From the NCBI GenBank assembly GCA_022709525.1, contig JAKLIQ010000001.1:78709-142708 (forward strand): 64,000 nucleotides of DNA, given 5' to 3'. The notes under the pieces are model-generated. The model ran no database searches. It saw only the letters and a program-made list of their open reading frames with translations, and was not told where the DNA came from. Within the stretch, counting starts at the first letter, position 1. Each line of letters begins with the position of its first letter. This document shows positions 8,590 to 19,129 of the stretch, piece by piece. A program made the translations under genes and the position numbers. The stretch is from Candidatus Omnitrophota bacterium (lineage in GTDB: Bacteria; Omnitrophota; Omnitrophia; Omnitrophales; Aquincolibacteriaceae).

Positions 8590-9527
8590 TTGCTGGAAGA
8601 AGGCTTGGGCTGGTTCGCTTGAACTTTGCGGGCGATCTCAAGAGCAAGCTTGAGTGCGTCACGGGCGGCAGTATCGGGCCGGCCGAGGCTTTTCCCGGAG
8701 CGGATATTTGAAAGGAAAAATTTCAATTCTTCCTTCAGCGGCTCGGCTTTTTCGATGTCGACGGTTTCCTGCACGATCTCGGCGCCGTTCTTACGGAAGA
8801 TCTTGCAGGCCTGCGCGCCGTAATCGAGTGAAATGTAGGCGTCTTCCTGGAAGATCCGGATCTTGCGCTGTTTTTCGAACGTGAGGCGCGAAGCGGTGAT
8901 GTCGGCGACGGCGCCGTTCTTGAATTTCATGCGGACATTCGCGATATCTTCGAAGGGCGTAAGCACGTTCACGCCGATCGCGTCGAAGCTGGCGACCTGG
9001 GATTTCACAAGCCCGAGCACGATATCCAGATCATGGATCATGAGGTCCAGCACGACGCCGCAGTCATTGATGCGGCCGGTAAAAGGGCCCAGGCGGTGGA
9101 TCTCAAAAAAGCGGATGTTCTTGGCGATCTCCTCGATCCGTTTAAAGCCGGGATTATGGCGTTCGATGTGGCCGACCTGAAGCGCGCAGTTTTTTTTTCG
9201 CGCCAGCGCAAGAAGTTCATCCGCCTCTTCAAGCTTCAACGTGATGGGTTTTTCGATCAAAGTATGAATGCCGGCTTTGAGGAATTCCTTGGCGACGGCG
9301 TAATGGGTCGAAGTCGGGGTGGCGATACTGACGGCCTCGACTTTTCCGATCAATTCCAGGGGGTTTTGATAATAATGAGTTCCGAGCTCTCTGGCTTTTT
9401 CCTGCTTTGCGGGGTCACTGTCAGAGATGCCGACCAGTTCGGATTCAGCAAGTTCGCGGTAAATGCGGGCGTGTTCCTTACCAAGATGCCCAACCCCGAC
9501 CACACCGACTTTTAGCGCTTCTACCAT
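8586..9527 (-). CDS. Gfo/Idh/MocA family NAD-dependent oxidoreductase, possibly a GnnA-like UDP-GlcNAc 3-dehydrogenase
   Basis: N-terminal Rossmann fold VGVVGVGHLGKEHARIY and EKP motif. It overlaps the lpxB start by 4 nt, so the two are co-transcribed. The GnnA assignment is an inference from context. Confidence 0.6.
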   Translation of the reverse strand: MVEALKVGVVGVGHLGKEHARIYRELAESELVGISDSDPAKQEKARELGTHYYQNPLELIGKVEAVSIATPTSTHYAVAKEFLKAGIHTLIEKPITLKLEEADELLALARKKNCALQVGHIERHNPGFKRIEEIAKNIRFFEIHRLGPFTGRINDCGVVLDLMIHDLDIVLGLVKSQVASFDAIGVNVLTPFEDIANVRMKFKNGAVADITASRLTFEKQRKIRIFQEDAYISLDYGAQACKIFRKNGAEIVQETVDIEKAEPLKEELKFFLSNIRSGKSLGRPDTAARDALKLALEIARKVQANQPKPSSSK

Positions 9528-9669
9528 CCTAAATCCTTTGTATTTCGAGGCTTAACAAGGGAGCGAACGAAGTTTTGAGAGCTTAAATCATAACCTTGAG
9601 CAGTGTCAACGAATATGTTACAGTGTGCGGGCTCAGAGGGACTGCCCCCTCGTTTCTCCCGGAGGATCC

Positions 9670-11421
9670 ATGGATATCTATAAGCGGCTCTTGGCGTATG
9701 TGAAGCCCCATAAGTGGCGTCTTATGGTGGCGATCCTTGCCATGTTCGCGTATTCTGTCGCGAACTCGCTTGTCTCGGCCACGCTCTACATCATCGTCAA
9801 CGGCCTTCACAATAAAAGCGAAGTCCGCTTAGATGACCTCCCGCATGTGCCCTTCCTTTCCTCCATCTCGTTCCCGGTTTTCTGGATCCCGTTCATCATG
9901 GTCGGCGTTTTTTTTCTGCGCGGTTTTTTCGATTATGTCTCGAACTATCAGATGTCGAATGTCGGGATCCGCGCGATCCGCAAGGTCCGGGACGACCTTT
10001 ACCGGCATCTTGTCTATCTCTCGCATGATTTCTACTCCAAAGGCCGGACAGGGGATTTCCTTTCCCGCATCATGAACGATGTCGGCCAGATCCAAGGAGC
10101 GATCACCGACGTGATCGTGGACCTTGTCAAACAGCCGCTCGTGATCCTTTTCAACATTCCCTGGGTTTTTCTCTGGGGCGGCAAATACGCGCTTTTCGCC
10201 GTGCTGATCTTCCCGCTTGTGGCGATCCCGATCGTGCTTTTGGGAAAACAACTTCGCAAGCTGACCAAAAAAATGCAGGAACGGACCGGTGACATTACCG
10301 CTTTTCTCGGCGAGACGCTTTCGGGCTTTCATATCGTGAAGGCCTTCTGCCGTGAAGAGCGCGAGATCAGCCGTTTTGAGGAGATCAACCGGAGCGTGTT
10401 CGAATATTTTCGCCGGACTATCCGCGTGACGATCATCCAGAGGCCTTTGATCGAGGTCATCGGCGCCGTCGGCGCCGCGATCGCTGTGCTTTTTGGCATC
10501 AAGTATCTTCCGCCCGACCGTTTTGTCGCGTTTGTGGGCTCGCTTTTTATTTTTTACGAGCCCTTAAAAAAGATCAGCAAGGTGAACAGCACGATCCAGC
10601 AGTCCATTGCCGCGGGTCAGCGCATTTTCGAGGTTCTTGACGCCCAGCCAAGCATCAAAGACAGGGCTGATGCGGTCGGTTTCGCAGAGCCGGTCCGCGA
10701 AGTGAGGTATGAGAACGTTTCTTTTGCCTATGAGGCGGGGGATTATGTTCTCGAGGATATCAATATTACGGCCAAACACAATGAGGTCGTCGCGATTGTT
10801 GGGGCAAGCGGTTCAGGGAAGACCACGCTTGTGAACCTGCTTTTGCGTTTTTATGATCCCGCGCAGGGTTCGATCAAGATCAACGGAAAAGATATCCGTG
10901 ATCTTACGCTTAATTCTCTTCGCGATATGATCGGCGTGGTCTCCCAGGAAACCGTGCTTTTTAACTGTTCCGTCCGGGACAATATCGCCTACGGCCGTCC
11001 GAACGCGAGCCTGGAGGACGTTAAGAAGGCCGCTGCGATCGCTTACGCGGATCATTTCATCGAAACGCTGCCCCAGGGTTACGACACCCAGCTCGGGGAA
11101 CGGGGTCTCAAGCTTTCAGGCGGGGAGCGCCAGCGTCTCGCGATCGCCCGCGCGCTTTTGAAGGATCCGCCGATCCTTGTGTTGGATGAGGCGACTTCCC
11201 ATCTTGATACGCAAAGTGAACAAGAGGTGCAGAAGGCGCTTGAAAACCTCATGAAGGCGCGCACCGTTTTTGTGATCGCCCACCGCCTTTCCACGATCCA
11301 GAAGGCCGATCGGATCCTTGTCATGGATAAAGGCAAGGTTGTCCAGCAGGGGACGAACGAATTCCTGCTGCGTCTAGGCGGGATCTATAAAAAGCTTTAC
11401 GACCTGCAATTTAATGTTTAG
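9670..11421 (+). CDS. msbA: ABC transporter with fused permease and ATPase, MsbA-like lipid A/lipid exporter
   Basis: Six-TM N-terminal domain; Walker A GASGSGKTT; ABC signature LSGGERQRLAIARAL; Walker B ILVLDEATSHLD. It is divergent from the lpxB operon. GGAGGA lies 4 nt before ATG 9670. Confidence 0.65.
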   Translation: MDIYKRLLAYVKPHKWRLMVAILAMFAYSVANSLVSATLYIIVNGLHNKSEVRLDDLPHVPFLSSISFPVFWIPFIMVGVFFLRGFFDYVSNYQMSNVGIRAIRKVRDDLYRHLVYLSHDFYSKGRTGDFLSRIMNDVGQIQGAITDVIVDLVKQPLVILFNIPWVFLWGGKYALFAVLIFPLVAIPIVLLGKQLRKLTKKMQERTGDITAFLGETLSGFHIVKAFCREEREISRFEEINRSVFEYFRRTIRVTIIQRPLIEVIGAVGAAIAVLFGIKYLPPDRFVAFVGSLFIFYEPLKKISKVNSTIQQSIAAGQRIFEVLDAQPSIKDRADAVGFAEPVREVRYENVSFAYEAGDYVLEDINITAKHNEVVAIVGASGSGKTTLVNLLLRFYDPAQGSIKINGKDIRDLTLNSLRDMIGVVSQETVLFNCSVRDNIAYGRPNASLEDVKKAAAIAYADHFIETLPQGYDTQLGERGLKLSGGERQRLAIARALLKDPPILVLDEATSHLDTQSEQEVQKALENLMKARTVFVIAHRLSTIQKADRILVMDKGKVVQQGTNEFLLRLGGIYKKLYDLQFNV

Positions 11422-11433
11422 GCGGGAAAATCT

Positions 11434-11706
11434 TTAAAGCCGGCTGTTGAAATCATCCACGGTCCGCTCCAGGTCCTGGATGCGCTCCGATAAAGAACTC
11501 ACTTCCTGACGAAGTTCCGCAACGCTCTGTTCGAGATCATCCATTCTTTCGTCTTTGAGGGTCTTTTGGAGACTGGCCATTTCCTGCGGAGTCCCGCTCA
11601 TGCCGTCGGTTTCCGTAACCGCGTTCTCTGTTGCACGAGAAGCCGGTATGACAGTCAAAAAGAGCAATATGCCAAATACGGAAAGGGCGGAAAGTTTTTT
11701 CTGCAT
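11434..11706 (-). CDS. Small secreted coiled-coil protein
   Basis: Signal peptide MQKKLSALSVFGILLFLTVIPASRA followed by a heptad-like helical region. Confidence 0.4.
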   Translation of the reverse strand: MQKKLSALSVFGILLFLTVIPASRATENAVTETDGMSGTPQEMASLQKTLKDERMDDLEQSVAELRQEVSSLSERIQDLERTVDDFNSRL

Positions 11707-11715
11707 AGATTGGGA

Positions 11716-12147
11716 TTAGAATTTGAAGAGGTTGATCTTGGCAGCGTCGCCGGACCTGTCTTCGGGCTCTTCGATCGTGTAGCTGTCATCTTTCGCGTAG
11801 CCGAACGAGACGACTTTTTTAACGCCCTTGATCGTGTTATCGACGACTTTTTCACCCGCTTTTTGGGATCCGTCCAGCGTGCCGACCACCGGTTTTTCGG
11901 TGATCGTGCCTTCAGCCGTGTCGCTTAAAGTGTCTTTAACATTGTCAACCGTCATTTCCTTAACGCCGGTCGCAAAATTCTTTGCCGGATGGCGTTTTTC
12001 GGTCGTTTCGGTTTCTTTTTGCATTTGTTTCTCGAGTTTTTCCTGTTCACGGGCAGCCTCATCGTATTGCCCGCGGCGGCTCATGCCAAGGTTCAAGGAA
12101 ACGGCAAGGATCATCAAAAGGACGGTGACGGCGAATTTTTTGTTCAT
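11716..12147 (-). CDS. Secreted hypothetical protein
   Basis: Start chosen at MNKKFAVTVLLMILAVSLNLG with RBS gaggga. The protein ends ...INLFKF. Confidence 0.4.
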   Translation of the reverse strand: MNKKFAVTVLLMILAVSLNLGMSRRGQYDEAAREQEKLEKQMQKETETTEKRHPAKNFATGVKEMTVDNVKDTLSDTAEGTITEKPVVGTLDGSQKAGEKVVDNTIKGVKKVVSFGYAKDDSYTIEEPEDRSGDAAKINLFKF

Positions 12148-12411
12148 GAATAGGTTCCCTCGTTTCAAGATCGAATCATGCCACGAACCTCTTTTATTGC
12201 GTGGGGGCGTAGTATACAAAAACCAGCGGGGTCGAGCAAGGGCTGTTTGATTTTTCCCCTAAGGTAAGTTATACTGCCCTGCCCTTGTTAAGTTTTTATC
12301 ATCGCTGAACTTAGCACTGTTTTCTATTTAATTTTAAAGGTTAACAGTGCTATACCGCAGACCCGTTGATTTTTAATGTTATGCGGTATTAGAGCGTTTT
12401 TACGGAGGAAA

Positions 12412-13707
12412 ATGAAAAAGATCAATATCGGGCTTCTGGGATTAGGCCAGATCGGCACGGGTCTTTACGAGATCCTTGCCGCCAAGAAGGGTCTCTTCGC
12501 GTGCCAGCTGGGTGTGTCCTTCGAGCTCAAGCGTATCGCGGAAAAATACCCGGAGCGCAATAAAAAGGTCCGTCCTCCCAAAAAGATCATGACTAAAGAT
12601 GCCTTCTCTGTCGTGAGAGACCCGTCCATCGACGTCGTGGTCGAGTTGATCGGCGGGACGACGGTCGCGCGCCAGCTGATCAAAGAGGCGCTCAAGAACG
12701 GCAAGCATGTGGTGACCGCCAACAAAGCGCTTTTAGCCGAACACGGCGACGAGATCTTCGCCCTCGCGCATAGGATGAAACGTTGGCTTTGTTTTGAGGC
12801 GAGCGTCGGCGGCGGGATCCCCTGCATCAAGGCTCTTCGCGAGGGGCTCGCGGCGAACCGGATTGATTCCGTACACGCCATCATCAACGGCACCACGAAC
12901 TATATTCTGACCCAAATGACCGCCAAAGGGATGAGTTTCGCGGAGGCGCTCGCCGGCGCGCAGAAGCAGGGCTACGCGGAAGCGAACCCTTTTCTTGATG
13001 TGAGCGGGCATGACGCCGCGCACAAGCTCGCGATCCTTGCGCGTTTTGCGTTCGGCGGAAAAGTGAAATTCAAAGACATCTACTGCGAAGGCATCACCGA
13101 GATCTCAAGCGACGACATCGCTTTCGCCAAGGAATTCGGATATACGATCAAATTGCTTGCCATCGCCAAAAAATCGGGGAGCGGCATGGAAGCGCGCGTT
13201 CAGCCGACACTTTTGCCGAATTCGCATATTTTGGCGAGCGTGAACGGATCATTTAACGCGATCCTGATGCGCGGCGACGAAGTGGGCGACGTGCTTTTTT
13301 ACGGTCGCGGAGCCGGGCCGCACCCGACCGCCAGCGCCGTGATCGCGGACCTTGTGGATATCGCCAAAGCCGGGGCCGAAGGGCCAGCGGAAGACCGGTT
13401 CATGGTGCGCGCACTTGGGAAAACGATCCCGGTGAAAAGTATTTTTTCGATCCAATCGCGCTATTATCTTCGTTTTAATGTGATCGACAGACCCAGCGTG
13501 CTGGCGGGGATCTCGAAGATCCTGGGCAAACACGGTATCAGCATTTCGGATGTGATGCAGCGTGAACGTAGTGTCGGCCGCGTGGTGCCGCTCATTCTTC
13601 TAACCCATGCTACACACGAAAAAGATCTCAGAGCCGCGGTCCGCGAGATCGACGGCCTGTCCTGCATCAAAGGCAAAACTCAGGTGATTCGCATCGAAGA
13701 GGCGTGA
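12412..13707 (+). CDS. hom: Homoserine dehydrogenase with C-terminal ACT domain
   Basis: NAD-binding motif [12 protein letters not shown]. Core matches the family: ...[19 protein letters not shown]...[16 protein letters not shown] lies 3 nt before ATG 12412. Confidence 0.9.
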   Translation: MKKINIGLLGLGQIGTGLYEILAAKKGLFACQLGVSFELKRIAEKYPERNKKVRPPKKIMTKDAFSVVRDPSIDVVVELIGGTTVARQLIKEALKNGKHVVTANKALLAEHGDEIFALAHRMKRWLCFEASVGGGIPCIKALREGLAANRIDSVHAIINGTTNYILTQMTAKGMSFAEALAGAQKQGYAEANPFLDVSGHDAAHKLAILARFAFGGKVKFKDIYCEGITEISSDDIAFAKEFGYTIKLLAIAKKSGSGMEARVQPTLLPNSHILASVNGSFNAILMRGDEVGDVLFYGRGAGPHPTASAVIADLVDIAKAGAEGPAEDRFMVRALGKTIPVKSIFSIQSRYYLRFNVIDRPSVLAGISKILGKHGISISDVMQRERSVGRVVPLILLTHATHEKDLRAAVREIDGLSCIKGKTQVIRIEEA

Positions 13708-13748
13708 TCAAATTTCAGATTTGCAATTTCAGATCGAAAACTGAATCC

Positions 13749-14819
13749 ATGGAAAAATACGCAGTCAAGAAAATCGGGATCATCGAACGCTACCAGGAAT
13801 ATCTTCCGGTTACGGAAAAAACTCCGATCGTCTCGCTCAATGAAGGCAATACGCCGCTCATTCTTGCGGAAGCGCTGCCTAAAGAGCTGGGCCTTAAGAA
13901 TATTCGGATCTATTACAAATTCGAAGGCTTGAACCCGACGGGATCTTTCAAAGATCGCGGCATGACCATGGCGATCTCGAAAGCGGTTGAAGCGGGATCG
14001 AAAGCCGTGATGTGCGCTTCGACCGGGAACACCTCGGCTTCCGCGGCGGCTTACGCGTGCCGCTCGGGGCTCAAATGCTATGTCTTGATCCCGGAAGGGA
14101 AGATCGCGAAGGGAAAACTTTTGCAGGCATACCGTTACGGCGCCAAAGTGATCATGATCGAAGGGAATTTCGACAAGGCCCTCGAGCTTGTAAAAGAAAT
14201 GACCAAGGACGGCAAGATCACGCTTGTAAACTCGATCAATCCTTACCGTATCGAAGGGCAGAAAACCGCAGCGTTTGAGATCGTCGATGACCTCGGCGAC
14301 GCGCCGGAATATCACGCGATCCCGGTCGGGAACGCCGGCAACATCACGGCTTACTGGAAAGGTTACAAGGAATATCAAAAAGCGGGAAAATCCAAGACGC
14401 TGCCCAAGATGCTCGGGTTCCAGGCCGCGGGCGCCGCGCCGATCGTGCTCGGCCATCCGGTGGAAAAGCCCGAAACGATCGCGACCGCGATCCGGATCGG
14501 AAATCCCGCCAGTTGGCAGGGGGCCGTCAACGCGCGCGACGAATCGGGCGGTTTGATCGATATGGTGACGGATGAAGAGATCACCAAAGCGTATCGTTTT
14601 ATCGCGGAGCGGGAAGGCGTTTTTGCGGAGCCGGCCTGCGCCGCGCCGGTCGCGGGAGTGATCAAACTTGCTCAAAAGAAATTTTTCAAGGAAGGAACAA
14701 GGATCGTGATCACATTGACGGGCGCGGGCCTGAAAGACCCGGATTTCGCGCTCAGCTTTGACGATCCGGTCTTTAAAGTCAAATCCACGCTTGAGGCCGT
14801 TAAGGAGGTCATCCGATGA
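13749..14819 (+). CDS. thrC: Threonine synthase
   Basis: PLP-lysine motif [10 protein letters not shown] and [11 protein letters not shown]. Start chosen at ATG 13749. The ORF track begins at an upstream GTG. Confidence 0.85.
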   Translation: MEKYAVKKIGIIERYQEYLPVTEKTPIVSLNEGNTPLILAEALPKELGLKNIRIYYKFEGLNPTGSFKDRGMTMAISKAVEAGSKAVMCASTGNTSASAAAYACRSGLKCYVLIPEGKIAKGKLLQAYRYGAKVIMIEGNFDKALELVKEMTKDGKITLVNSINPYRIEGQKTAAFEIVDDLGDAPEYHAIPVGNAGNITAYWKGYKEYQKAGKSKTLPKMLGFQAAGAAPIVLGHPVEKPETIATAIRIGNPASWQGAVNARDESGGLIDMVTDEEITKAYRFIAEREGVFAEPACAAPVAGVIKLAQKKFFKEGTRIVITLTGAGLKDPDFALSFDDPVFKVKSTLEAVKEVIR

Positions 14820-16015
14820 AATATATCGTCGTAGTGCTTGCGGGCGCCGCGGATCATCCGACCGAAGAGCTCGGTGGCAAGACCCCTTTGGAAGCGGCCA
14901 AGGTCTCGAACTTGAATTTTTTTGCGAAGACCGGCAAGGTCGGGACCGCGAAGCTTGTTTCCGACCGCCTGCCGCCGTCGCCCGATGTGAGTCTCTTCAA
15001 TCTTTTGGGCTATGACGCCGGCAAGCTTTATACCGGCCGTGGCCCGCTTGAGGCGGCGGATAAGGAACTCACGCTTGACGATAAAGAGGTCGCGTTCTGC
15101 ATGAACTTTATCACCGAGGCGGCGGGCAACTTGGCCGACCCGACGGCCGGCAACATCAGCACCAAAGAAGCGAGAGCGCTCGTGAATTTTCTTAACAAGA
15201 AGGTCGCAAGCGATTTCGTCCGTTTCTTTTCCGGGTCCGGGCACCGGCACATCGCCGTGATCAAGGATGCGCACGGGTTCGAAGCCTTATCCGCCAAAAC
15301 CCAGGCGCCGGAAAGCGTGATCGGGGAGAAGATCGACGACATTCTGCCGAAAGGCCCCGGCGAGGAATTGATCCGCAAACTGATGTATGACGCCCGACTG
15401 CTTTTGCAGGACCATGAGATCAACCAGGTGCGCGTGGACCTCGGGGAAAATCCGGCCAACATGGTCTGGCTTTGGGGCCAAGGCAAAAAACCATCGCTTA
15501 AGCCGTTTCGCGAATGTTTTGATATTTCCGGCGGCGCCATGGTCGCCGCGCGCGAATACGCGAAAGGTCTGGGGCGGACGGCGGGCTTGACCGTCATGGA
15601 GGTCAAGGAAGAGGGCGAAGAGCCGGCGGCTTTTTATGACAAGATCTCCAAGGTCGCCATCGACGCCGCGAACGAAAAAGATTTTGTCTGCCTTTTCCTT
15701 CATACGCCGGAAGAAGCGGCGCGGGCCGGGGACGTGAAAGGAAAGATCTCGGCTCTCGAAGGGATCGATTTTTTTGTGTTGTCCAAACTCCGGAAATATC
15801 TCGAACAGTCGAAGGACGCGAGGCTTCTGGTGACGCCGGGGCATGCGACACTCTGGAAAATGAAAGAGACGGTCCGCGATAGCGCTCCGTTCGTCATCGC
15901 CGGCAAGAACATTATGGCGGATGAAGTGGAGCGTTTCTCAGAGATCGCGGCCAAGACTTCGGAATTGAAATTCAACAAAACCACGGAATTGATGCCCTTT
16001 TTTATTACTAAATAA
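14816..16015 (+). CDS. Cofactor-independent phosphoglycerate-mutase (archaeal iPGM/ApgM)-like protein; the proposed non-canonical homoserine kinase of thr operons
   Basis: iPGM-like sequence, overlapping the thrC stop by 4 nt. No thrB is present. Matches my recollection of the TIGR02535 proposed homoserine kinase context. Confidence 0.6.
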   Translation: MKYIVVVLAGAADHPTEELGGKTPLEAAKVSNLNFFAKTGKVGTAKLVSDRLPPSPDVSLFNLLGYDAGKLYTGRGPLEAADKELTLDDKEVAFCMNFITEAAGNLADPTAGNISTKEARALVNFLNKKVASDFVRFFSGSGHRHIAVIKDAHGFEALSAKTQAPESVIGEKIDDILPKGPGEELIRKLMYDARLLLQDHEINQVRVDLGENPANMVWLWGQGKKPSLKPFRECFDISGGAMVAAREYAKGLGRTAGLTVMEVKEEGEEPAAFYDKISKVAIDAANEKDFVCLFLHTPEEAARAGDVKGKISALEGIDFFVLSKLRKYLEQSKDARLLVTPGHATLWKMKETVRDSAPFVIAGKNIMADEVERFSEIAAKTSELKFNKTTELMPFFITK

Positions 16016-16017
16016 AG

Positions 16018-16142
16018 GGACTCGTTCCTCGCCTGGCTCTCATTAATTTTTTTGGAAGCCAGTGCAGCACCGTGGTGCGGGACTAGGGACTCGCAAAAAC
16101 AAGGGACGCAGACGAGTCCCGAGGAGCTAGTCCCGAGTCCCC
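16018..16142 (+). repeat. Copy A of a palindromic GGGACTCG...CGAGTCCC element (long form, about 125 nt)
   Basis: It starts 2 nt after the stop codon. It is about 80% identical to copy B at 18995-19120, including the internal hairpin cctggctctc...ggaagccagtgcag. Confidence 0.8.
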
Positions 16143-16200
16143 AACGTGCTTGTTTCTTTGAGATTCAAACATAATCAAATTATTTCTTAGGAGTTAAAAA

Positions 16201-17418
16201 ATGTCACTTATTGTTCAGAAATATGGCGGCTCTTCCGTCGCCAATGCGGAAAAGATCCTGCGGGTCGCTCAACGCGTCATTAAAACGAAACAGGCGGGAA
16301 ATAAGGTCGTGGTGGTCGTCTCCGCCATGGGCGATATGACTGACGACCTTATCACGCTCGCGGACCAAATCAATAGGGATCCCGAAGAGCGCGAAATGGA
16401 TATGCTTCTTTCGACCGGGGAGCAGGTTTCGATCGCGCTTCTCGCAATGGCGATCCACAAACTCGGGCATGAAGCAGTTTCATTTACCGGATCACAGGTT
16501 GGTATTATCACGGACACGTTCCATAGCAAAGCCCGTATTCAAAATATCAGTCCGGAACGCATCAAGAAAGCTTTAGCGGACGGAAAGATCGTGATCGTGG
16601 CCGGTTTCCAGGGGCAGACGCCTTCCGGCGAGATCACAACGCTCGGGCGCGGCGGTTCGGATCTGACGGCCGTGGCGCTCGCGGTGGCTTTGCGTGCGAA
16701 ACATTGCGAGATCTATACGGATGTGGACGGGATCTATACCGCGGACCCGCGTGTGATCCCCGAAGCCAGTAAAATGGATGTCGCGACCTACGACGAGATC
16801 CTGGAACTGGCGTCGCTCGGCGCAAAGGTGATGCATTCCCGGTCGATTGAGGTCGGTAAAAAATTCAACATGCCCATTTGGGTATGCAATTCCCATAAAG
16901 ACATTAAAGGAACTCTTATCACGAAGGAGAACAAGAAAATGGAAGAAGTCGTCGTTAGCGGTGTCGCCCTTGCAGAAGATGAAGCCAAGATCACCCTGTT
17001 CCGCGTGCCGGACCGTCCGGGCGTGGCGGCGAAGATCTTTCAAACGCTCGCCGACGCGAACGTGAACGTGGATATGATCATCCAGAACAAAACGCAGACG
17101 AACTCGACGGACGTGTCCTTTACGGTCTTCAAGAACGAACTGACCAAGGCCATGAAAGTCGTTAAAGCCAACGCCAAAAAACTTGGCGTCAAAGACGTTG
17201 TCTGTGACGAAAATATCGCCAAAGTCTCGATCGTCGGGATCGGCATGCGCTCGCATTCCGGCATCGCGTCCAAAATGTTCTCAACGCTCGCGAAAAATAA
17301 GATCAATATCGATATGATCTCCACTTCCGAGATCAAGATCTCTGTCGTGGTGGCCGGCGACAAGGGCAAGCTCGCCGCCCGCGCCATCCATCAGGCGTTC
17401 GGGCTCGGGAAAAAATAA
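16201..17418 (+). CDS. lysC: Aspartate kinase with C-terminal ACT domains
   Basis: [10 protein letters not shown]-terminal motif; overall aspartokinase-like. Confidence 0.9.
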   Translation: MSLIVQKYGGSSVANAEKILRVAQRVIKTKQAGNKVVVVVSAMGDMTDDLITLADQINRDPEEREMDMLLSTGEQVSIALLAMAIHKLGHEAVSFTGSQVGIITDTFHSKARIQNISPERIKKALADGKIVIVAGFQGQTPSGEITTLGRGGSDLTAVALAVALRAKHCEIYTDVDGIYTADPRVIPEASKMDVATYDEILELASLGAKVMHSRSIEVGKKFNMPIWVCNSHKDIKGTLITKENKKMEEVVVSGVALAEDEAKITLFRVPDRPGVAAKIFQTLADANVNVDMIIQNKTQTNSTDVSFTVFKNELTKAMKVVKANAKKLGVKDVVCDENIAKVSIVGIGMRSHSGIASKMFSTLAKNKINIDMISTSEIKISVVVAGDKGKLAARAIHQAFGLGKK

Positions 17419-17423
17419 TAAGC

Positions 17424-18989
17424 ATGAAAAGCAAAAGGATCCTCTTTTACGATACAACGCTTCGCGACGGCTCGCAGGCCGAGGGGATCAGCCTGTCCAG
17501 CCACGACAAGGTCTTGATCGCAAAAAGATTGGATCAGTTCGGGATCCACTACATCGAGGGCGGATGGCCGGGCTCCAACCCGAAAGACATGGAATTTTTC
17601 AAAATGATCAAGAAGGCCGGGGTCAGGCGGTCGAAGATCGCGGCATTCGGTTCCACGCGCCGCGCGCATACCAAAGTCAAAGAAGACCCGCAGGTGAAGG
17701 CTTTACTTGAGGCCGGCACCAAGGTTGTAACGGTTTTCGGAAAATCCTGGGATTTTCATGTGACGGAAGTTTTCAAGACCGCGCTTAAAGAAAACCTGCT
17801 CATGATCTACGAGACGGTCGCGTATCTTAAGGACCGGAAGATCGAAGTGATCTATGATGCGGAGCATTTCTTTGACGGCTTCAAGGCGAATCCCGAATAT
17901 GCGCTGAAAGCCTTGCAGCAGGCGGCCAAAGCGGGCGCGAATAATCTCACGCTTTGCGATACCAACGGCGGAACATTGCCCCACGAGGTGCGCCACGCCA
18001 TCCTCAAAGTGAAGCGTACGGTGAAAACACCGCTCGGGATCCACTGTCATAACGATTCCGATCTTGCGGTCGCGAACTCGATCCAGGCCGTAGGAGAAGG
18101 CTGCGTGCTTGTGCAGGGGACCGTCAACGGTTACGGCGAACGCTGCGGGAACGCGAATCTTATCAGTATTATCTCGGACCTACAGCTTAAGATGAAGATC
18201 CCGTGCTTTCCGCCAAAAAAGATGAAAGAACTGACCTCACTTTCACATTATGTCGCGGAGATCTGCAATATGCCGCTTGCCAACAACCAACCGTTCACGG
18301 GGCGGTCGGCTTTTGCGCATAAAGGCGGCGTTCATATTAACGCGATGGTCAAGAACGCCAAAACCTATGAACACGTCGAGCCAAAAGTGGTCGGCAATTA
18401 CCGCCGTTACCTTGTTTCCGAACTCGGCGGCAAGACCAACATCATGATCAAAGCCAAGGAGCTCGAACTGCATTTCCAGAAGGATTCGCCGGAATCCAAG
18501 AAGATCCTGACCGAGATCCAGCGCCTGGAACATGAGGGCTATCAATTCGAGGCGGCGGAAGCGAGTTTTGAACTTCTCGTCCAGCGGCTTCTTGGAAAAC
18601 TCAAGCCGTTCTTTAAAACGGAATCCGTTTCCGTGCGCACCGAAAGGATCGGCGGGGGCGAGCCGCGCTCGATCGCTGACGTGAAACTTTCGGTCGGAGG
18701 GATGGAGCACTTTGAGTCCGCGGAAGGGGACGGCCCGGTGAACGCGCTCGATTCGGCGCTCCGCAAAGCGCTCCAGAAGTCCTATCCCGTGATCCATGAG
18801 ATCCATCTGACCGACTATAAAGTGCGTGTCGTTAATTCCGAAGCCGGCACGGCCGCCAAAGTGCGCGTTTTCATTGAATTCCAGGATAAAGAAAAAACCT
18901 GGACCACGGTCGGCGTTCACGAGAACATCATCGAAGCCAGCTGGAAAGCCCTCGTCGAAGCGATCGAGTATAAACTGCATAAAGGATAA
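17424..18989 (+). CDS. cimA: Citramalate synthase / 2-isopropylmalate synthase family (LeuA type 2, CimA-like)
   Basis: TTLRDGSQAEG HMGL-like motif; roughly 520 aa with a C-terminal regulatory domain. Context with lysC/hom/thrC suggests a threonine-independent isoleucine route. Confidence 0.65.
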   Translation: MKSKRILFYDTTLRDGSQAEGISLSSHDKVLIAKRLDQFGIHYIEGGWPGSNPKDMEFFKMIKKAGVRRSKIAAFGSTRRAHTKVKEDPQVKALLEAGTKVVTVFGKSWDFHVTEVFKTALKENLLMIYETVAYLKDRKIEVIYDAEHFFDGFKANPEYALKALQQAAKAGANNLTLCDTNGGTLPHEVRHAILKVKRTVKTPLGIHCHNDSDLAVANSIQAVGEGCVLVQGTVNGYGERCGNANLISIISDLQLKMKIPCFPPKKMKELTSLSHYVAEICNMPLANNQPFTGRSAFAHKGGVHINAMVKNAKTYEHVEPKVVGNYRRYLVSELGGKTNIMIKAKELELHFQKDSPESKKILTEIQRLEHEGYQFEAAEASFELLVQRLLGKLKPFFKTESVSVRTERIGGGEPRSIADVKLSVGGMEHFESAEGDGPVNALDSALRKALQKSYPVIHEIHLTDYKVRVVNSEAGTAAKVRVFIEFQDKEKTWTTVGVHENIIEASWKALVEAIEYKLHKG

Positions 18990-18994
18990 AGCCG

Positions 18995-19120
18995 GGGACT
19001 CGGGATTCGTAGCTCGCCTGGCTCTCGTTAATTCTTATCGGAAGCCAGTGCAGTACTTTAGTGCGGGACTCGAAAAAACGAGGAACCAAAACGAGTCCCT
19101 AGGAACTAGTCCCCAGTCCC
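18995..19120 (+). repeat. Copy B of the GGGACTCG...CGAGTCCC element (long form)
   Basis: It starts 6 nt after the cimA stop. It is homologous to copy A over about 125 nt. Confidence 0.8.
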
Positions 19121-19129
19121 GTTTTCATT

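Noticed and set aside
13680-14675. 331-aa minus-strand ORF
   Set aside because: It is antisense to thrC. It is Arg-rich low-complexity sequence with no motifs.
16143-16200. Lysine riboswitch upstream of lysC
   Set aside because: The intergenic space is occupied by repeat-element copy A plus a short AT-rich spacer. No L-box conserved segments were seen.
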